DNA from: Octopus sinensis
Lineage: Eukaryota
Direction of reading: 5' to 3'
Length of the DNA stretch: 9,131 nt
Assembly: GCF_006345805.1 (NCBI RefSeq)
Contig: NW_021828031.1
Location: forward strand, 1 to 9,131
Every line of letters starts with the position of its first letter. Within the stretch, counting starts at the first letter, position 1. The notes below the pieces were generated by a model. The model ran no database searches and was not told where the DNA came from. It saw only the letters and a program-made list of their open reading frames with translations. The translations under genes were made by a program, and so were the position numbers. Positions 8,234-9,131 of this stretch are shown piece after piece.

Positions 8234-8599
8234 CTCACACAACCGGAACCACGACAAAAGCTTTGGAGTGATATTTATGATTTCTCCGTTTTCTGTGAAT
8301 CGATTTTGATAAAACTTTTCCCGGCTGGTTATGCACACTATGGAAACACCATTGTTATGTTTTCATTATTCTGTGTAACGACCTTTTTTTTTCTTTATTT
8401 CAGATTTTTCAGTTTTTTGGGTGAACCATGCTAATAGCTTTTGAATGTAATTTGCCCATCTCGATAATTTTTTTCAGAAAATAAAAGGTAATGATAGATA
8501 TTAAGTATACGTTGAGTATATATTTAACAGAAAACTATAATGATATTATAACATTTATTAACATAATGAATTATTTAACCATTTGAGCAGCAAGGAATA

Positions 8600-8833
8600 A
8601 ACGATAATAATGATAGTGATAATAATAATGGTGGTGATGATGTCGATGAAGTTGATGATGGTGGTGGTGGTGGTGGTGATGATGGTGGTGGTGGTGATGA
8701 TGATGTTGGTGGTGATGGTGGTGGTGGTGGTGGTAGTGGTGATGATGATGATGATGATAGGGTTGATGTTTGTGATAATGACTGTGATGATGATAACGAC
8801 GACGACGACGATGATGATGATGATGATGATGAA

Positions 8834-8874
<41 letters not shown>

Positions 8875-9131
8875 GGATGATGATGATGAGGAAGAGGAGG
8901 AGGAGGGATAGAACAATTCTGACGACGACGATGACGATGATAACGGGAAACTTCAGAAAGTGGTTGACCTTATTGCCAGAAAGATTTTCTTCCAAAAACA
9001 CTTAAAATTAAAACGGCAACTTGAATAATTTATTTAACAAAGATAAGTCGTACGCAAAATCTAAATAGATGATAACAATCGAAAGAATAATAGTAACAAT
9101 AACAACAACGCAACGAAAAACAAACACAACA
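8600..9131 (+). pseudogene. Duplication copy B: disabled paralog of the 5585-5988 candidate exon plus downstream flank
   Basis: Homology to copy A is certain. In the Asp frame it has stops at 8909-8911, 9026-9028 and 9035-9037, and the donor GT is AT at 9043-9044. The pseudogene label holds only if copy A is a real exon. Confidence 0.45.

Noticed and set aside
7656-8434. Long ORFs of 182-217 aa ([12 protein letters not shown] repeats)
   Set aside because: Three-frame translation of tetranucleotide repeats.
8404-8487. Strong acceptor at 8403 and a 10-nt micro-exon AAAATAAAAG|GTAATG
   Set aside because: All frames after 8404 stop within ~45 nt, and T-rich AG motifs are common here. Unsupported without RNA data.

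Overview
This is very AT-rich, microsatellite-saturated eukaryotic DNA, mostly intronic or intergenic. The repeats resemble from memory (not database-checked) those of coleoid cephalopods, most likely Octopus. Nearly every ORF in the supplied track is a translation of simple repeats. The structure I can support is: (1) three copies of one tRNA-derived SINE at 2379-3683, two near full length on the minus strand with an internal microsatellite and one 5'-truncated on the plus strand, so neighbours are inverted; (2) two complex islands embedded in (TA)n, one (7021-7226) carrying a minimal hammerhead-ribozyme-like motif of the Penelope-like element type; (3) a probable retroelement 3' fragment at 7303-7499; (4) a diverged direct duplication with ~3.05 kb offset (5645-6070 vs 8600-9131) of an Asp-rich candidate exon, intact in copy A and disabled in copy B; (5) a phase-compatible chain of three small candidate exons (1-69, 1403-1442, 1831-1884) whose translation weakly suggests an EcKL/APH-like kinase N-lobe, apparently broken by a 1-nt frameshift. 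All gene models are tentative.
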